From Octopus sinensis (lineage: Eukaryota): a DNA stretch of 64,000 nt. Both the position numbers and the translations under genes were made by a program. Location of the stretch: the NCBI RefSeq assembly GCF_006345805.1, contig NC_043008.1, positions 49,600,001 to 49,664,000 of the forward strand, in the 5' to 3' direction. This document shows positions 61,606-64,000 of the stretch, piece after piece (the first letter of the stretch is position 1; each line of letters starts with the position of its first letter). The notes under the pieces are model-generated. The model ran no database searches. It saw only the letters and a list, made by a program, of their open reading frames with translations, and had not been told where the DNA came from.

Positions 61606-62854
61606 CTGAAAAATAAAAACAAAAATCAGTTTATATTCAAGTCACTAAAAAAGATTGTCAGCATTTAATGTCCAATTTTCCATGCTTGCAGGGGTCAGAT
61701 GGAATTGGCAGATACCCATAAAATTATTAACCATCTAACACCCGTGGACATGTTTACAAAGTCAGAAAACAGCACAGTTCCCATGACTTTCGGAAACATT
61801 TTTTCATGCTAAGAGTTGCTGAAGCCTGGAACAAACTGCCGTAGTTGTTGGAGCACTGCATCCTTCAAAACTTCCATGCTTCCTGAGATCTGCCAACACT
61901 ACACCTGATTTTCTCCCCTCCATAGACACACAAGCATGTATCTGACTCACTCATACACTGAGTAATCGCCTTACTGGCACTTGTGCCAGTGGCATGTGAA
62001 AAAACATTCGTGTGAGGTCGTTGCCAGTGCTGCCGGACTGGCTCCTGTGCAGGTGGCACATAAAAAACACCATTTGAGTGTGGCTGTTGCCAGTACCACC
62101 CGACTGGCCCTTGTGCCGGCGGCACGTAAAAGCAACTACACTCTCAGCGTGGTTGGCATTAGGAAGGGCATCCAGCTGTAGAAACTCTGCCAGATCAGAT
62201 TGGAGTCTGGTGCAGTCATCTGGTTCGCCAGTCCTCAGTCAAATCGTCCAACCCATGCTAGCATGGAAAGTGGATGTTAAATAATGATGATGATGATGAT
62301 GATGAAGTTCCTGTTTCTTATTGTTGGCCATTTGTGGTGCTTCTGAATGCCTGATGCTCCAACAATTCTGCCACACCACCACCATGTTGTTTTTGATGAC
62401 AACAACGGTCCCTTAGAATACGCTTCAAGGCAACAACAGCTTCTGATATATCTAAACTGATAGGTTTAGTCCACTCAGCTGGCAAAAATGAGGAATACCT
62501 GTAATTCAATGGGCCAACCTGGTCAAACTCTGTGTCACGCAGAATCTCCCTGAGAACTACATTAAGGGTAGACATATCTATGGAGTATTCAGCCACTTGC
62601 ATGGTAATTTCATGAGCAGGCTGTTCCATTGATCAGATCAACCGGAACCCTCATTGTCATAACGGACGGAGTACGAGTTAGAACCCACTTGGCAAAACAG
62701 TATATTGTTGTTGTTGTTAATAATGAACAGATCTGTTTGGCTGAGATTGTTTGCAGTTAACAATTAAAATCAAAAGTTATTTTTTTCAGTTTTTCATAGA
62801 AATTAAAAATGTAATTAAAAAAAAGAGGGGGAAAAACCCTGGTACCAAACTTAC

Positions 62855-62913
62855 ATGCAGCCGTTTAAGAGTATCAGTCCAGGATTTATAGGCACCAAGA
62901 CCAGCATTAAAAC
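62855..62913 (-). CDS. ZMYND15: Penultimate exon of the ZMYND15/MSS51-like gene (59 nt, phase 1/0)
   Basis: Acceptor TTTCTTCTTTTGCAG|, donor CAT|GTAAGT; xFNAGLGAYKSWTDTLKRLH (cf. GFNSGF....W...L..L) splices in frame to the terminal exon across a 1249-nt intron. Confidence 0.8.
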
Positions 62914-64000
62914 CTGCAAAAGAAGAAATAAACAAACTTAAACCCTTTCGTTAATGTATTTCTTTCAATTACTTTATTTGTAACAAAGAACTTAGTAAAA
63001 TAACTTAGTTCTCGTTAAGCTGGAGTTAGGAACATAAATTGTGACTAGGGTTTGGTGGAAGATTTTAATTCAAAACTTATGAAAACAAGACATTTGTACT
63101 AGTGAGTTGGGTTGGTATTGAAAGGGTTAAACACACCTCTACATTTGGGCAGATAGAGATTAGAAGCAGTTGGAAGGGTGTGGATTGAAGGACATTTAGG
63201 CTATTATTTCTAGCATATAGAGTGACCACTCTGAGGTCTCCTTCTCTTATGTCTTCTGTTGATTATTTTTCTTATTAACCCTTTTGTTACCATATTTCTT
63301 AATTATCATTAAGCTGGTGTTAGGAAGATAAATTGTGACTAAGGTTTGGTAGAAGATTTTAATTCAGAACTATTGAAAACAAGACATTTGTACACAGAGC
63401 CAGAGGCGGTTTCAGCCAGGTTGGTAACGAATGGGTTAAAGCTTCTTTTTACCTTTTGTTATTTACTTGTTTCAGTCATTAGTCTGTGGCCATGCTGGGG
63501 CACTGCCTTGAGGAATTTTAGTTGAACAATTTGGCCCTAGGACTTTATTTTTTTATAAGCTTGGTACTTATTCTATTGGTCTCTTTTGCTGAACTGCTAA
63601 GTTACATGGATGTAAACAAACTAACAATGGTTGTCAAGCAGTGATGGGGGACAAACACACACACACACAATAGGCTTCTTTCTGTTTCTGTTTACCAAAT
63701 CTACTCACAAGGTATTGGTTGACCCAAGGCTATAGTAAAAGACACTTGCCCAAGGTGCCACACAGTGGGTCTGAACCCAGAACCACGTCACTGGGAAGCA
63801 AACTTCTTACCACACAGCCATATTTTAATAGTAGTGGAAGTGGAATGGTAGAATTGTCAGAATGACAGATGAAATGCCAATGGTATTTAGTTGTGGATAT
63901 TTACGTTTTGAGTTCAAATTACATCAAGGTTGAATTTTACCTTTCTTCCTTCTGGTGTAGATGAATAAAGCCTAGTACAGGGGTTGGTTTAATTGACACT

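Overview
Eukaryotic, AT-rich, microsatellite- and transposon-dense DNA; the SINE families and repeat landscape look like an octopus (coleoid cephalopod) genome (inference from recognised repeats, not a database result). Two protein-coding genes are supported. (1) A plus-strand glyoxylate reductase/hydroxypyruvate reductase (GRHPR)-like gene with three coding exons (24253-24457, 53941-54111, 54601-55199; 324 aa) and a 29.5-kb first intron. (2) The last two exons of a convergent minus-strand ZMYND15/MSS51-like gene (62913-62855, 61605-61384), which the ORF track misses. The rest is mobile DNA: a very young non-autonomous Ty3/Gypsy element (6006-10474), Tc1/mariner, hAT and Mutator relics and MITEs, R4/Dong, CRE, RTE and CR1 LINE fragments, tRNA-derived SINEs and several fold-back palindromes. 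Most interesting: (a) the Gypsy element keeps an almost continuous 640-codon frame although the RT catalytic core, RNase H and integrase are gone; (b) a minimal hammerhead-ribozyme-like motif with a non-canonical core base at 634-597; (c) an Asp in the GRHPR-like cofactor loop predicting NADH preference; (d) a CpG-retaining island inside intron 1, revealed by SINE CpG decay, that carries an RFX X-box; (e) a 648-bp palindrome built from two hairpins. All comparisons were made by eye, repeat boundaries are approximate unless TSDs/TIRs are cited, and family assignments come from remembered motifs.
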